The notes under the pieces were generated by a model. It was not told the origin of the DNA and did no database searches. It worked only from the letters and a program-made list of their open reading frames with translations. Positions 1-10,660 of a stretch of 64,000 nt of DNA are shown here, piece after piece. Every line of letters starts with the position of its first letter. Position 1 is the first letter of the stretch. Source of the stretch: Opitutales bacterium (GTDB lineage: Bacteria > Verrucomicrobiota > Verrucomicrobiia > Opitutales > PNEW01); assembly GCA_965197745.1 (NCBI GenBank), contig CBDANS010000007.1, positions 256,001-320,000 on the forward strand, in the 5' to 3' direction. The translations under genes and the position numbers were made by a program.

Positions 1-418
1 TTGTTTCCGTCTCACCGATGCGATCAGACGAATTGAAGAAGAGCAGGACATTCTCTTTACAACCGGTGGGTTGTTGCGCTGTTCGGAAGAAATTAAAGAG
101 ACTATATATCTGCCGGATGGAGCCGGTGAGTTATTCTCTAAATTAGGGGTTGATAAAGTGCAGAGACTGGCTGGACGCGACCCACGCGAAATCACGGGAT
201 GTATCCTTTCCAGTCTCTTAACCGGACACGAACCGAATATTTCTACTACGATTGGACCAGTGGAAATCAAGGACTCACTCGCTCACTATAAACTTCTCGA
301 AAAGTTGGGACTGGAGTCAGCAAGACCGCAATGTGAAGGCTTCTTTATCGATGACGTAATTATCGAACGATTCAAGAAACGCAACGGATCACATACCGTT
401 CAGACTGAATCCGTTTGA
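1..418 (+). CDS. Hypothetical protein, C-terminal part (gene starts before the window)
   Basis: The frame is open from position 2 (CFRLTDAIRRIEEEQDILFTTGG...) to TGA at 416-418; no family recognised. Confidence 0.6.
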   Translation, partial: CFRLTDAIRRIEEEQDILFTTGGLLRCSEEIKETIYLPDGAGELFSKLGVDKVQRLAGRDPREITGCILSSLLTGHEPNISTTIGPVEIKDSLAHYKLLEKLGLESARPQCEGFFIDDVIIERFKKRNGSHTVQTESV

Positions 419-442
419 TTCATCCCATCAAGGAATTTTAGC

Positions 443-1564
443 GTGGAGTCGACATTGCTGCATCCGTTGTGCGGAAGCAATCTGATTACATTTCTACGTG
501 CTTTTGCCCGCCCGCGTCCTCTTTGTTGGCAAAAGCTGCCTGTGGGGTTTATCGCGGCAGCATCAGTTTTGGGACGATTTCCCTTTTATCAGTTCGAACG
601 CTTATCACAAGCACGTGCTATTATACAAACCCCATTACCAGCGGAACCCATTTTTATCATTGGACACTGGCGTAGCGGCACGACACACCTGCACAATCTC
701 ATCAGTCAGGATTCACAATTTGGATCGATCAGTTTCCTTCAAACTGCATTGCCCTGGGACTTTATCGGCCAGGTCAATTTATCTCAGAAAATTCTCCGTA
801 AGAAACTCCCCGACGATCGGGGGATGGACAAGGTAAAACTGACAATCGATTCCCCACAAGAAGAAGAGATGGCTCTGGGAAATATGGGTCCACTATGTTA
901 TTATTACTGTTATTATTTTCCCCGGGAAATTGAAGAACACTTTAATCGGGCGGTCCTATTCAACGGAGTCTCATCAAGCGAAATAAAAAACTTTGAAAAT
1001 AATTACTGCTATCTTTTAAAAAAACTGACCCTGTTTCATGGAGATAAGAAAAAGCTGCTTTTAAAAAATCCCGCAAACACCGGTCGCATACGTTGGCTGC
1101 GGAGTATTTTTCCAGGCGCTAAGTTCATTCATATTCATCGCAATCCTTACACGGTCTATGCCTCAACCCTAAAGCATTTTAATAGAACCATGACGACTTT
1201 CGCCTGGCAGCCCTATGAGGGAATTGACTTTAATAAAATTACCCTGCGTCACTATCGCCTTCTCATGCAGCGTTACTTGGATGAGCGATCAACTATCCCC
1301 CCGGAAAACTTAATTGAGGTATCTATGGATGAAGTAGAGAAAGATGCGCCCGGGGTGATCGATAACATATACCGAAAATTTTCTTTGTCCAATCGGGATA
1401 GGGCGCTTGAAGCAATTAATTCATACTGCGAAGGACAGCGAAATTACCGTAAGAACAGTTATGTATTAAGCGGGGATCAAGTTGCTAATATAAATAAACA
1501 CTGGGACTTTACGTTGAAAGAATATGATTACGGAATGCCGGGTGAAATAAAGGTGGAAAACTGA
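443..1564 (+). CDS. PAPS-dependent sulfotransferase (Sulfotransfer_3 / Stf3-like)
   Basis: 5'-PSB motif IIGHWRSGTTHLH, plus PQEEE, LLKNPANT and IHIHRNP (3'-PB region). Confidence 0.85.
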   Translation: MESTLLHPLCGSNLITFLRAFARPRPLCWQKLPVGFIAAASVLGRFPFYQFERLSQARAIIQTPLPAEPIFIIGHWRSGTTHLHNLISQDSQFGSISFLQTALPWDFIGQVNLSQKILRKKLPDDRGMDKVKLTIDSPQEEEMALGNMGPLCYYYCYYFPREIEEHFNRAVLFNGVSSSEIKNFENNYCYLLKKLTLFHGDKKKLLLKNPANTGRIRWLRSIFPGAKFIHIHRNPYTVYASTLKHFNRTMTTFAWQPYEGIDFNKITLRHYRLLMQRYLDERSTIPPENLIEVSMDEVEKDAPGVIDNIYRKFSLSNRDRALEAINSYCEGQRNYRKNSYVLSGDQVANINKHWDFTLKEYDYGMPGEIKVEN

Positions 1565-1566
1565 AT

Positions 1567-3549
1567 TTAGAGGCGATTCTTAACCAGCATTTCGACTACT
1601 TTCGGGTCCGCAAGAGTCGTCGTATCTCCTATCTCATCCGGTGCATTCTCCGCAATTTTTCTTAGAATGCGACGCATGATCTTTCCCGAGCGGGTTTTCG
1701 GCAGACCGGGTGAGAACTGCAGTTTATCAGGGGTGGCAATGGGTCCAATCTCGGAACGCACATGTTTTACCAGTTCCTGTTTTAAGTCATCGCTCCCTTC
1801 CACCCCTCCGATGAGCGTGACAAAAGCATAGAGAGATTGACCTTTTATGTCGTGGGGCATTGGGGCGACCGCTGCTTCTGCTACCATGGGATGACTGACT
1901 AAGGCGCTTTCAACTTCGGCTGTTCCAATCCGATGACCGGAGACATTGACAACATCATCGACGCGGCCCATCAGCCAGTAATCCCCATCACTATCAATAC
2001 GGCAACCATCGCCGGTAAAGTAGAGATCATTAAAGGTGTTAAAATATGTATCGATAAAGCGATCATGATCACCCCAGGTGGTACGCATTATCCCGGGCCA
2101 AGGTTTTTTGATACAGAGTTTACCGCCTTCATTGGGATTACATTCACTACCATCATCCCGCAATATTACAGGTTCGACTCCAAAGAAAGGGTGTGAAGCA
2201 CTTCCCGGTTTTAAAACGTGAGCGCCCGGATAGGGGGTAATCAAGTGACCCCCTGTTTCCGTTTGCCACCAGGTATCGACAATGGGACAAGAGCCATGAC
2301 CAATTTCCCGAAAATACCACATCCAGGCCTCTGGGTTGATCGGTTCTCCCACCGTCCCCAACAGCCGAAGTGAACTTAAATCATACTTAGCCGGCCATTC
2401 ATTGCCCTGGGCGATCAATGCGCGAATCACTGTAGGGGCGGTGTAGAACACCGTTGCCTTGTATTTTTCACATACCTGCCAAAAACGGCCTGGATCAGGA
2501 TAAGTAGGGACCCCTTCGAACATGAGACTCGTCGAACCGTTGGCCAGCGGCCCGTAGACAATGTAACTATGTCCTGTCACCCATCCAATGTCAGCTGAAC
2601 ACCAATATATGTCATCCTCGTGAATATCAAAAATATATTTATGCGTGAGACTGGTGTGTAGGAGGTAACCTGCCGTGGAATGAACCACCCCTTTCGGTTT
2701 ACCCGTTGAACCCGAGGTGTAGAGAATAAAGAGAATCGTTTCGGCACTTAAAGCCTCAGGCGGGCAGTCTTCGTTTACCTTGCTCATTTCATCGTGATAC
2801 CACAGATCGCGACCTTCAATGAAATCACACGGTTCATCATTACGCTTAACCAAAATGACCTTTTCGATAGAGGGTGTATTTTCGAGAGCCTTATCAGAGA
2901 TATTTTTCAGGAGGATAAATTTTCCTGAACGCAAAGCTACATTGGAGGTGATTAGTATTTTACAATCAGAATCATTAATACGATCTGCCAGTGAATCCGC
3001 GCTGAAACCCCCGAAAACCACAGAGTGGATAGCGCCGATACGGGCACAACCAAGCATTACGATAGGCAACTCGACTATCATTGGCAGATATATCGCAACC
3101 CGGTCACCTTTTTTTATGCCATGTGCTTTTAGCACGTTGGCAAATTTACAAACTTCTTTATGTAATTCCTCGTAGGTAAGTGTCCGCGTGTCTTCTTCAG
3201 GTTCTCCCTGCCAGATCAGTGCCGGTTTTGTCCGTCGATCGGTTTTCAAGTGTCGATCAAGACAGTTTATGGTAATATTTATTTCACCATCTTCAAACCA
3301 TGTATGCTCTATTTTACGTGCCTTGGAATCCCAGGTATATTTGCATGCGGTGCCAGGCGCTTTAATCCAGTCCAATGTCTCAGCCTGCTCTAACCAGAAA
3401 GCATCGGGATCATTTACCGAACGTTCATACATTTCGCAGTATTTTTGATTATCAATATGCGCTTTCTCCACGAATTGCTCGGAGGGGGGAAAGGTGCGCT
3501 CCTCGGTCATTAATGAATCGGTCGATATAGTCTGTTTTTCTTCTGCCAT
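1567..3549 (-). CDS. acs: Acetyl-CoA synthetase (AMP-forming)
   Basis: YTSGSTGKPKG, DTWWQTETG and PKTRSGKIMRR (acetylation Lys); 660 aa. Confidence 0.97.
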   Translation of the reverse strand: MAEEKQTISTDSLMTEERTFPPSEQFVEKAHIDNQKYCEMYERSVNDPDAFWLEQAETLDWIKAPGTACKYTWDSKARKIEHTWFEDGEINITINCLDRHLKTDRRTKPALIWQGEPEEDTRTLTYEELHKEVCKFANVLKAHGIKKGDRVAIYLPMIVELPIVMLGCARIGAIHSVVFGGFSADSLADRINDSDCKILITSNVALRSGKFILLKNISDKALENTPSIEKVILVKRNDEPCDFIEGRDLWYHDEMSKVNEDCPPEALSAETILFILYTSGSTGKPKGVVHSTAGYLLHTSLTHKYIFDIHEDDIYWCSADIGWVTGHSYIVYGPLANGSTSLMFEGVPTYPDPGRFWQVCEKYKATVFYTAPTVIRALIAQGNEWPAKYDLSSLRLLGTVGEPINPEAWMWYFREIGHGSCPIVDTWWQTETGGHLITPYPGAHVLKPGSASHPFFGVEPVILRDDGSECNPNEGGKLCIKKPWPGIMRTTWGDHDRFIDTYFNTFNDLYFTGDGCRIDSDGDYWLMGRVDDVVNVSGHRIGTAEVESALVSHPMVAEAAVAPMPHDIKGQSLYAFVTLIGGVEGSDDLKQELVKHVRSEIGPIATPDKLQFSPGLPKTRSGKIMRRILRKIAENAPDEIGDTTTLADPKVVEMLVKNRL

Positions 3550-3639
3550 AATAAAATTTCCGAATTTATAGAGTTAGAGAAAAAATACCGTCACAAATGC
3601 TATTTTCTGTCAACCGTTCGTAGCTATTTCAACGGCTTT

Positions 3640-5118
3640 CTAGCTTCTACCCTTGAAAAACCGTTTCGGTGAAAAATATTTTTCCGGGTAATAATCCGGA
3701 CAATCGATGTCCAGGATCTTGAAAACAATAAACTGAGTGGCGAGAAAGGATACCCCTGAACCCGAACCTGCCATACCGCCTACGATATAAAGGCGCTTAT
3801 TGTCCTGGAGACCAATGAGCGGAAATTCATCAGGCGTCATCCCCACCGTGCCGCTCCACTCATTGGTAACGCGTATCCGGGTTATTCCAAAAAGGGTTTT
3901 TAAAAAAGCAGACACGTAATTGGTAATAAATCGTGAGGGCTGATTCAGCCCCGCTTCATGATCGGGGACTTTAGACATATCCGAACCAAATAGGATACCG
4001 TCCTTTGTCCTGCTGAAAAACATTTCCGGACTGCTGATTGCTACTCCCTGTTGCATCGTTCCGTTATCACTGAGTCCATAGGCTGCTTGTGTCTGACCCA
4101 CATTTAAAATGTTATGAAATTCCTTAAAGAGGGTAGCAGTATGAGACTCCGTTGCGTTGAGGACATATTTTGCCTGAATTGTCCCGCGATCGGTATGAAT
4201 TTCATAAAAGTCACCGATGTCTTTCACCGCATTGACTTTAGTCTGCGAGTAAAATTCTACGTTGGGTGATTGAATGGCTATTTGCAATAGGCCCCAAATC
4301 CACTTGGCGGGATTCCAATTTGCGGTGCCTTGTGAATGCCCGGCATCGTAAGCTGTTTTTATACCTGCTTTTTCCATCGCCTCCTCAGGGGAGATTCTTA
4401 TCCAGTCAGAAAATCCCGTCTCTTCACCCATTCGCTGGGCGGCAAGGGGTTTCCCCTGATTTTTTTCATCGGTGGCCCAGACCCAACCTTTTTTGATATA
4501 GTCACACTCAATTCCCTCTGTTTTCACCGTGTCTTCAATCATCTGATTGCTTTTGATTCCGGCAGTTACATAGGGTTTGGCAAATTCATGAGCGATACTT
4601 ATTCGCTCCGCTTCATTTAATTCCGGCCGTGTTCTCTCTAGGTTTTTCAACACCGTGCTGTGGACATAATAGTAATAGCGACCCATCGTTACAACGCCGG
4701 CATTGCGACCCCCCGAGCCGCTCGCCGCCTCGTTCATTTCAAGTATGACCATCCTGGAATCTCCGTGTTTCGACCAGTGATAGGCAGCGCCCGCGCCAGC
4801 AAAGCCGGCACCGATAACCACAACCTGAGCTTTATCCGGTAATTTAACATTTGGATTCCCTTCCCAAGGATGATTTTCCAACGGATTTTTGTCACGTAAC
4901 CAGACAGGTGTTCTCGATACCGGATTGTTAAACTGAACCCAGGTCAGAGCATCAGGAATGGTCCGCCACATGGATTTTATCGACCAGCATAAAAAGAGCA
5001 GCAGCTTTTGAATCAGTAATCTACCCGGGTACATAGTGTTAATCCAGGTTCTGGCTGCACGGAATTCGTGTCGGCGCATACCAAAAATTAATTTAAAAAA
5101 AATAAATATTCTATTCAT
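3640..5118 (-). CDS. FAD-dependent oxidoreductase (DAO/PuuB-like) with N-terminal extension
   Basis: [20 protein letters not shown] and [16 protein letters not shown]. Start taken at ATG 5118, which overlaps the upstream stop; the ORF track extends it to 5205. Confidence 0.8.
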   Translation of the reverse strand: MNRIFIFFKLIFGMRRHEFRAARTWINTMYPGRLLIQKLLLFLCWSIKSMWRTIPDALTWVQFNNPVSRTPVWLRDKNPLENHPWEGNPNVKLPDKAQVVVIGAGFAGAGAAYHWSKHGDSRMVILEMNEAASGSGGRNAGVVTMGRYYYYVHSTVLKNLERTRPELNEAERISIAHEFAKPYVTAGIKSNQMIEDTVKTEGIECDYIKKGWVWATDEKNQGKPLAAQRMGEETGFSDWIRISPEEAMEKAGIKTAYDAGHSQGTANWNPAKWIWGLLQIAIQSPNVEFYSQTKVNAVKDIGDFYEIHTDRGTIQAKYVLNATESHTATLFKEFHNILNVGQTQAAYGLSDNGTMQQGVAISSPEMFFSRTKDGILFGSDMSKVPDHEAGLNQPSRFITNYVSAFLKTLFGITRIRVTNEWSGTVGMTPDEFPLIGLQDNKRLYIVGGMAGSGSGVSFLATQFIVFKILDIDCPDYYPEKYFSPKRFFKGRS

Positions 5119-6070
5119 ATGTGTTCGCCAAGTCCTTCCATAAACTTTTTTGACGTTCATTGGCGGTGGATGGCAATTGTATTCTAATGACCGCATAGAG
5201 GTCACCGCGTTTCCCTTTGGCCTTCAGTAAACCAAGACTTTTAAGTCGAAATTTACGACCGTTTTCACAACCGGGAGGGACTTTAATAGCAACGCGTTGC
5301 TTGAGAGCAGGTATTTTAACAGTCGTCCCGAGAACCGCATCCCAGGGTGGAATTTCCAGATCATAATACAAGTCTGCTTCTTTAACCGTAAAGTCGGGAT
5401 GTTTGGCAAAGAGAACACGGAGTAGAATATCACCTGCCTGCCCATCCGCAGATCCTGTCCGACCTTTGCCGGCCAGACGAATAAGTTTACCTTCATGGAC
5501 ACCTTCAGGAATCTTGACGCGATAAGTTTCAGCTTTTTTTCCAGGCTCCCGACGCATGCTAACTTCTCTCACCGATCCGCTATTTACCTCCTCGAGGGTT
5601 ACCATGATATCCGCTTTGATAACACTACCCCGTGTCGCTTTTTTATTACGGGTGAAACCGCTCGGGTCCGTGAATCCACTTTTTCGATTTCTCCCGCCCA
5701 TTTCGCCGGAAGAGGATCCACCCCCAAAGAAAGCCTCGAAGAAATCACTGAATCCAGTGCCCCCAAATCGATATTCAAAACCGCCCTTTGGCCCACCTGA
5801 TCCACGATTCCAACCCGGGGGAGGGCGAAATTCAGCTCCATGCTCCCAATTTGGACCTAGAGCATCATACTTTTTACGTTTTTGAGGGTCGCTTAATACC
5901 TCATATGCTTCATTGATTTGCTTAAATTTTTCTTCGGACTTTGATTTATTCTTCGCATGGTCAGGGTGATACTGGCGGGCCAGTTTTCGAAAAGCCTTTT
6001 TTATGGCCTCCTGGCTGGCCTCCTTAGCTATTCCCAAGGTATCGTAGTAGTCTTTAAATTTAATGGCCAT
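5111..6070 (-). CDS. cbpA: DnaJ class II co-chaperone (CbpA-like)
   Basis: N-terminal J-domain with HPD, G/F-rich region, DnaJ_C domain and no zinc finger. Confidence 0.85.
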   Translation of the reverse strand: MAIKFKDYYDTLGIAKEASQEAIKKAFRKLARQYHPDHAKNKSKSEEKFKQINEAYEVLSDPQKRKKYDALGPNWEHGAEFRPPPGWNRGSGGPKGGFEYRFGGTGFSDFFEAFFGGGSSSGEMGGRNRKSGFTDPSGFTRNKKATRGSVIKADIMVTLEEVNSGSVREVSMRREPGKKAETYRVKIPEGVHEGKLIRLAGKGRTGSADGQAGDILLRVLFAKHPDFTVKEADLYYDLEIPPWDAVLGTTVKIPALKQRVAIKVPPGCENGRKFRLKSLGLLKAKGKRGDLYAVIRIQLPSTANERQKSLWKDLANTYE

Positions 6071-6291
6071 ATTTTCTGATACTGCCTATTACGCGGTTTC
6101 TTTACCTGAAATTTGAACTATATCAGCTTATATTACTTAATATACGATCTTTTTTCAAATATCATTCCTGAGGTGATCGGTGATAATATTTCGAGCGACC
6201 GATCTCATAAAGAGAAAACTGTTGAAAGGTATGCTCTATCCATGTAGACGGCAGTTAAATATAAATATATTTCACTCTATATACCGAAGTC

Positions 6292-7299
6292 ATGAATGCT
6301 AATGAAAAACCTGTCATCCTGACCTGCATGCGCGCATCAGGTCAGCTGCACCTGGGTAATTACCTGGGGGCTTTAAAAAACTGGATCGCATTGATGGATG
6401 GCTATGAGAATTATTTCGGTATAGTAGATATGCATGCAATTACTGATAGGTATCTTCCCGCAGAATTGCGCCAGGATACTACTAGTCTATTGGCGCAGTA
6501 TATTGCCTGTGGGTTAGATCCAGAGAATTGTCATTTCTTTTTACAATCTCATGTTATCGGACACACCGAACTGGCCTGGGTGCTCGGTTGTCTAACACCC
6601 GTAGGACAACTGGAAAGAATGACTCAATATAAAGAATTAGCAAAAAAACAGCGGACCAACGTTAACGCCGGGCTCCTTTATTACCCCGTCCTAATGGCCG
6701 CTGATATTTTACTTTATAATGCCGATCTCGTTCCTGTTGGGGAAGATCAGAAGCAACATGTTGAACTCTGCCGCGACATCGCGCAGAAATTCAACAGTAC
6801 ATACTCTGAGACATTTAAGGTCCCCGATGTCAATCTTCCAAAGATAGGAGCTAGAATCATGTCACTTCAATATCCAACTAATAAAATGTCTAAATCAGAT
6901 GAAAATACCAATGGGACACTTTTTCTTCTTGATCCACCCAAAGTACTACGAAAAAAAATTATGAGTGCGGTGACCGATTCAGGTAGCGATGTTGTGGCCC
7001 ATAAGGATAAACCTGGAATTACAAACCTTCTCATTATTCTCAGTGCCGTCACTAATACACCCCAGGCTGATCTTGAGAATCAATTTTCAGGTAAAGGGTA
7101 TGCTGAGTTAAAAGCCGCGGTAGCAGATGCGGTAGTCGAGCTTGTGGAACCGATTCAAGAAAAATATAAATTAATAATAAATGATAAGGAGTTTCTCAGT
7201 GCCACATTGAGGGAGGGAGCTGAAAAAGCGCAGAGGCGCGCTAACAAAGTGCTGAGCAAAGTGTATCGCAAAGTCGGATTTGTTGAAAAAGTTCGCTGA
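6292..7299 (+). CDS. trpS: Tryptophanyl-tRNA synthetase
   Basis: HLGN (HIGH), YPVLMAADIL, VPVGEDQ and KMSKS. Confidence 0.97.
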   Translation: MNANEKPVILTCMRASGQLHLGNYLGALKNWIALMDGYENYFGIVDMHAITDRYLPAELRQDTTSLLAQYIACGLDPENCHFFLQSHVIGHTELAWVLGCLTPVGQLERMTQYKELAKKQRTNVNAGLLYYPVLMAADILLYNADLVPVGEDQKQHVELCRDIAQKFNSTYSETFKVPDVNLPKIGARIMSLQYPTNKMSKSDENTNGTLFLLDPPKVLRKKIMSAVTDSGSDVVAHKDKPGITNLLIILSAVTNTPQADLENQFSGKGYAELKAAVADAVVELVEPIQEKYKLIINDKEFLSATLREGAEKAQRRANKVLSKVYRKVGFVEKVR

Positions 7300-7420
7300 A
7301 TATAATCAACCTGTAATCGCCACTAAAAAGATTGGTGTATTTTATTATTGAGATTAATTTGAATAGTATTTTATAATTGAAGCTGGATGCATTTCTAAAG
7401 GAGGAATATTCAATACATCG

Positions 7421-8479
7421 GTGAACGAAAATACGCACCTCCGTTTAACGAAGTGGCCTTTTTATACAGGCGATGCGCTCTTAGTTTTTCTCGCGATTCT
7501 AATCGTAATTTTTTCCGATAAACCTCTGGGTTCAACGGCCATATCATGGTGCGTCATCAGTATTACTTTCGGAGCGCTGCTTTTTATCGCGCCTTTTGTT
7601 TTGGAATACTTAAACGCACTTCGCGTGGCCAAAAACCAGCTCCAGGAGACTGTAGAGGCGCAACACCAAAGCCTGACTGCGGTGCTGCATGAGCTGAATA
7701 ATTACAGCAAAACACTATCTGATCTTGCTCAGAAATCGGCGAATTCATCTGAAAAGATTGATAATCTCGGGCCTGAATTGCAAAGTCTGCTGAACGAGAC
7801 CGGTCTAAAGCTGAAGGAACTTATCGACGACGCCCAGTCAGCATCTTCCCGGATCAAGTCTCAGGGAGATGACTTTAATCAACGTATGGAATCACTCGAG
7901 AATTCGGTTAAAGAAGTATCGACATATTTAACAGCTCAGATCGTGAATGATGATGAGAATGAGAAGGCTGCTCGTGGACAGAAAAAGGGGCCAAAGACGA
8001 AGAACCCGACCAGCAAGCAGGATCCATCAATCACCAATCCGGAAGAAGAGACAGAGGTGATTACGGTGGACACGGCAGCCGCTGATGAAGCAGACTCTAT
8101 CTTTAGTGAGTCTGTTGAGCCCGAAAGTAATGGCGAAAGGCTGAATCAATCAAGTGATGCGGAAGATGAGAGCGCAAAAATAAAAGGAGTAACAATTTCG
8201 TCTGCGGAGGACGCTGAATCAATTGCACTTATAGCCCACCTTAATATCAGCATAGACAGCACCCCCTATGTTCGTGGTGAGGGAGCCGGGTTGAAATGGG
8301 ATGAGGGGATACCGATGGATTTCATAGAAATCGGTAAATGGGAGTGGGTAGTGAATAATGCAAACGAAACAGCGTCCTGTCGGATTTTTAAAGATGACAC
8401 TATAGCCGCCCGGGGCGACGATATCATTATCAACATCGGTGAGCGGGCAGAAGTATATCCAGAATTTCCAGAGGAGTAG
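7421..8479 (+). CDS. Hypothetical membrane protein: 2 TM helices, coiled coil, acidic linker, small C-terminal beta domain
   Basis: Two hydrophobic N-terminal segments, a heptad-rich middle, an E/D-rich linker and C-terminal YVRGEGAGLKWDEGIPM. Confidence 0.7.
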   Translation: MNENTHLRLTKWPFYTGDALLVFLAILIVIFSDKPLGSTAISWCVISITFGALLFIAPFVLEYLNALRVAKNQLQETVEAQHQSLTAVLHELNNYSKTLSDLAQKSANSSEKIDNLGPELQSLLNETGLKLKELIDDAQSASSRIKSQGDDFNQRMESLENSVKEVSTYLTAQIVNDDENEKAARGQKKGPKTKNPTSKQDPSITNPEEETEVITVDTAAADEADSIFSESVEPESNGERLNQSSDAEDESAKIKGVTISSAEDAESIALIAHLNISIDSTPYVRGEGAGLKWDEGIPMDFIEIGKWEWVVNNANETASCRIFKDDTIAARGDDIIINIGERAEVYPEFPEE

Positions 8480-8542
8480 AATCTGAATGCCGTTTGCTTC
8501 TACACACCGATCGTGCTTGTGGTTATAGGACTTAATATAGCT

Positions 8543-9291
8543 CTATAATCCTGAACCCGATGTGTTATCGGGATCGTATATAAAGCCTACCCCGTGTATG
8601 GTACGGAATCCTTCCAGCGTATGGTCATTACGGGAATAACATTCGCGGATTTTGACAATATACTGATCAAGTGATCGACTGCGCACATCGGCGTGAATAC
8701 CCCAGACAGCGTGTATTAAACTTCGACGTGTTAGGACGGTACCTATATTTGAAGCTAAATAGGTAAGTATTCCTAATTCCTTGCGCCCTATCTTTTCGAT
8801 CTTGCCATTGGGAAAAGCGATTTCAAGACGAACAGGATTAACATCGACATCACAAAACTGGAAAGTTTCCTGTGAGAGTGCCGCGTTTTTTGTAATATGG
8901 AAATCATGGGCTGTCTCAGCGCGACGCAGGACAGCATGGATGCGCGCGATAAGCTCGGGAAAACTGAATGGCTTGGTAATATAATCATCGCCCCCCATGT
9001 CCAGCCCCTTTACCCGGTGGACCTCAGAATCATTGCCTGTTAAAAAATAACAGGGACTTGAATATTATTCTTCTTGAGCTCATCGAGGAGGGTAAATCCA
9101 CTGGTGTCGGGTAAATTTACGTCCAGCAGGAGCAGATTCGCGAAATTCTGTTTGAGGAACCGCATGACATTTGAAGAGCGATGATACACCTGAGTCATCA
9201 TCCCAGCAGCTTCCAGCTGTTCGGAGATTAAAGCAGCCAGTTCCTTTTCGTCTTCGACAATTAGAATAAGTGGTTTTGGATTGGTGGCCAT
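8543..9291 (-). pseudogene. OmpR/PhoB-family response regulator, frameshifted by one missing T in a T6 run (may be a sequencing artefact or phase-variable)
   Basis: ORF 9040-9291 holds the receiver N-half (LIVEDE, LLLDVNLPD). ORF 8543-8998 holds GDDYITKPF and the winged helix (RTIHGVGF). Adding one T at 9042-9047 gives continuous VPVIFLTGNDSEVHRVKGLDMGGDDY. Confidence 0.85.
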
Positions 9292-9493
9292 AACAGCAGC
9301 GTTATGTTTTTATGCTCTCTTGGATTTAAAATACCCTTACAATATCCCAAATTTATTATGATATCTTTCTAGATATATATAAAAATACTCCTATATTTAC
9401 AATTTTTTTATTTAATTTTCTGAATAATCCAACAATCAATGGAATAAGAATAAGCTTGTGTGCGACGAGACCAAGCGTCATCTAGACTGTATT

Positions 9494-10378
9494 GTGTCAG
9501 AAAATAAATCATTGCTAATGCTGGGGCTCCCGAAAGGTAGCTTAGAGGAAGCTACAATCAAGCTATTTGCCAAAGCAGGTTGGAAGATTCAACAGCACGC
9601 TCGATCCTATATACCTATTATCGACGATACCGAAGTCGAAGGCCGATTTATTCGTGCTCAGGAGGTCAGTCGCTACGTTGAACATGGATTTTTTGATGCC
9701 GGGCTGACGGGACATGACTGGATATTGGAAAATGAGTCTGATGTGATTGAGGTCTGTAGCTTGGTCTACAGCCGGTCATCTAATGTCAAGTCACGCTATG
9801 TCCTCGCTGTTCAGGAGTCATCGTCAATAAAGACAGTTAAGGATTTGCAGGGTAAACGGATCGCGGCAGAAGTGGTTAATCTTACCCGGCAATATTTAGA
9901 GGATCAGGGAGTTGAAGCGGAGGTGGAGTTTTCCTGGGGGGCTACCGAAGTGAAAGTTCCCGATCTCGTGGACGCTATTGTTGATATTACCGAAACGGGA
10001 AGCTCTCTTCGTGCCAATGATTTAAGGATTATCGATACGATTTTCTGGACGGATATAAAGTTTATTGCCAACAAGGAAAGTTGGAAAGACGCGGATAAAC
10101 GTCAAAAGATAGAAAACATGGCCATGCTTTTGCAAAGTGCTCTCGATGCGGAAAACAAGGTAGGGCTGAAGCTTAACGCGCCTAAAGATAAGTCTGAAAT
10201 AATAATAAAAGAACTCCCCTCCCTGCGAAATCCAACGATTTCTCAACTGAGCAAAACCGATTGGATTGCCATTGAAACGGTTCTTGATGAATCGATCGTG
10301 CGTGAAATTATACCCCTGCTTAAAGCGCACGGCGCTGAAGGTATAATCGAGTATCCACTTAATAAGGTCGTCTATTAA
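9494..10378 (+). CDS. hisG: ATP phosphoribosyltransferase, long form
   Basis: [31 protein letters not shown] and the C-terminal regulatory domain. Start uncertain (9458/9494/9518). Confidence 0.95.
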   Translation: MSENKSLLMLGLPKGSLEEATIKLFAKAGWKIQQHARSYIPIIDDTEVEGRFIRAQEVSRYVEHGFFDAGLTGHDWILENESDVIEVCSLVYSRSSNVKSRYVLAVQESSSIKTVKDLQGKRIAAEVVNLTRQYLEDQGVEAEVEFSWGATEVKVPDLVDAIVDITETGSSLRANDLRIIDTIFWTDIKFIANKESWKDADKRQKIENMAMLLQSALDAENKVGLKLNAPKDKSEIIIKELPSLRNPTISQLSKTDWIAIETVLDESIVREIIPLLKAHGAEGIIEYPLNKVVY

Positions 10379-10660
10379 TACGCTGGAATGAATAATTACA
10401 GCACTATACCGACAACTCCGGGACGGGCAATTCGGGATCACAATCCCTTCGCAGGTTAGCACTTTTTTGACTTGCGCAAGTGAATAGATCTATGTCAACA
10501 TGTTCGTTTCCCTCCAGTGTGGAGGGAAGCTTTACTATCCTTACAGACCATTAAGATTCTACTTTGAACTTTGACCTCAACGTTTAATTAAACCTCAACC
10601 TTTCAACTTTTACAGAAATCCAAATGGAGTCCTATTTGGATTTTCTGAGATCATTCGATT

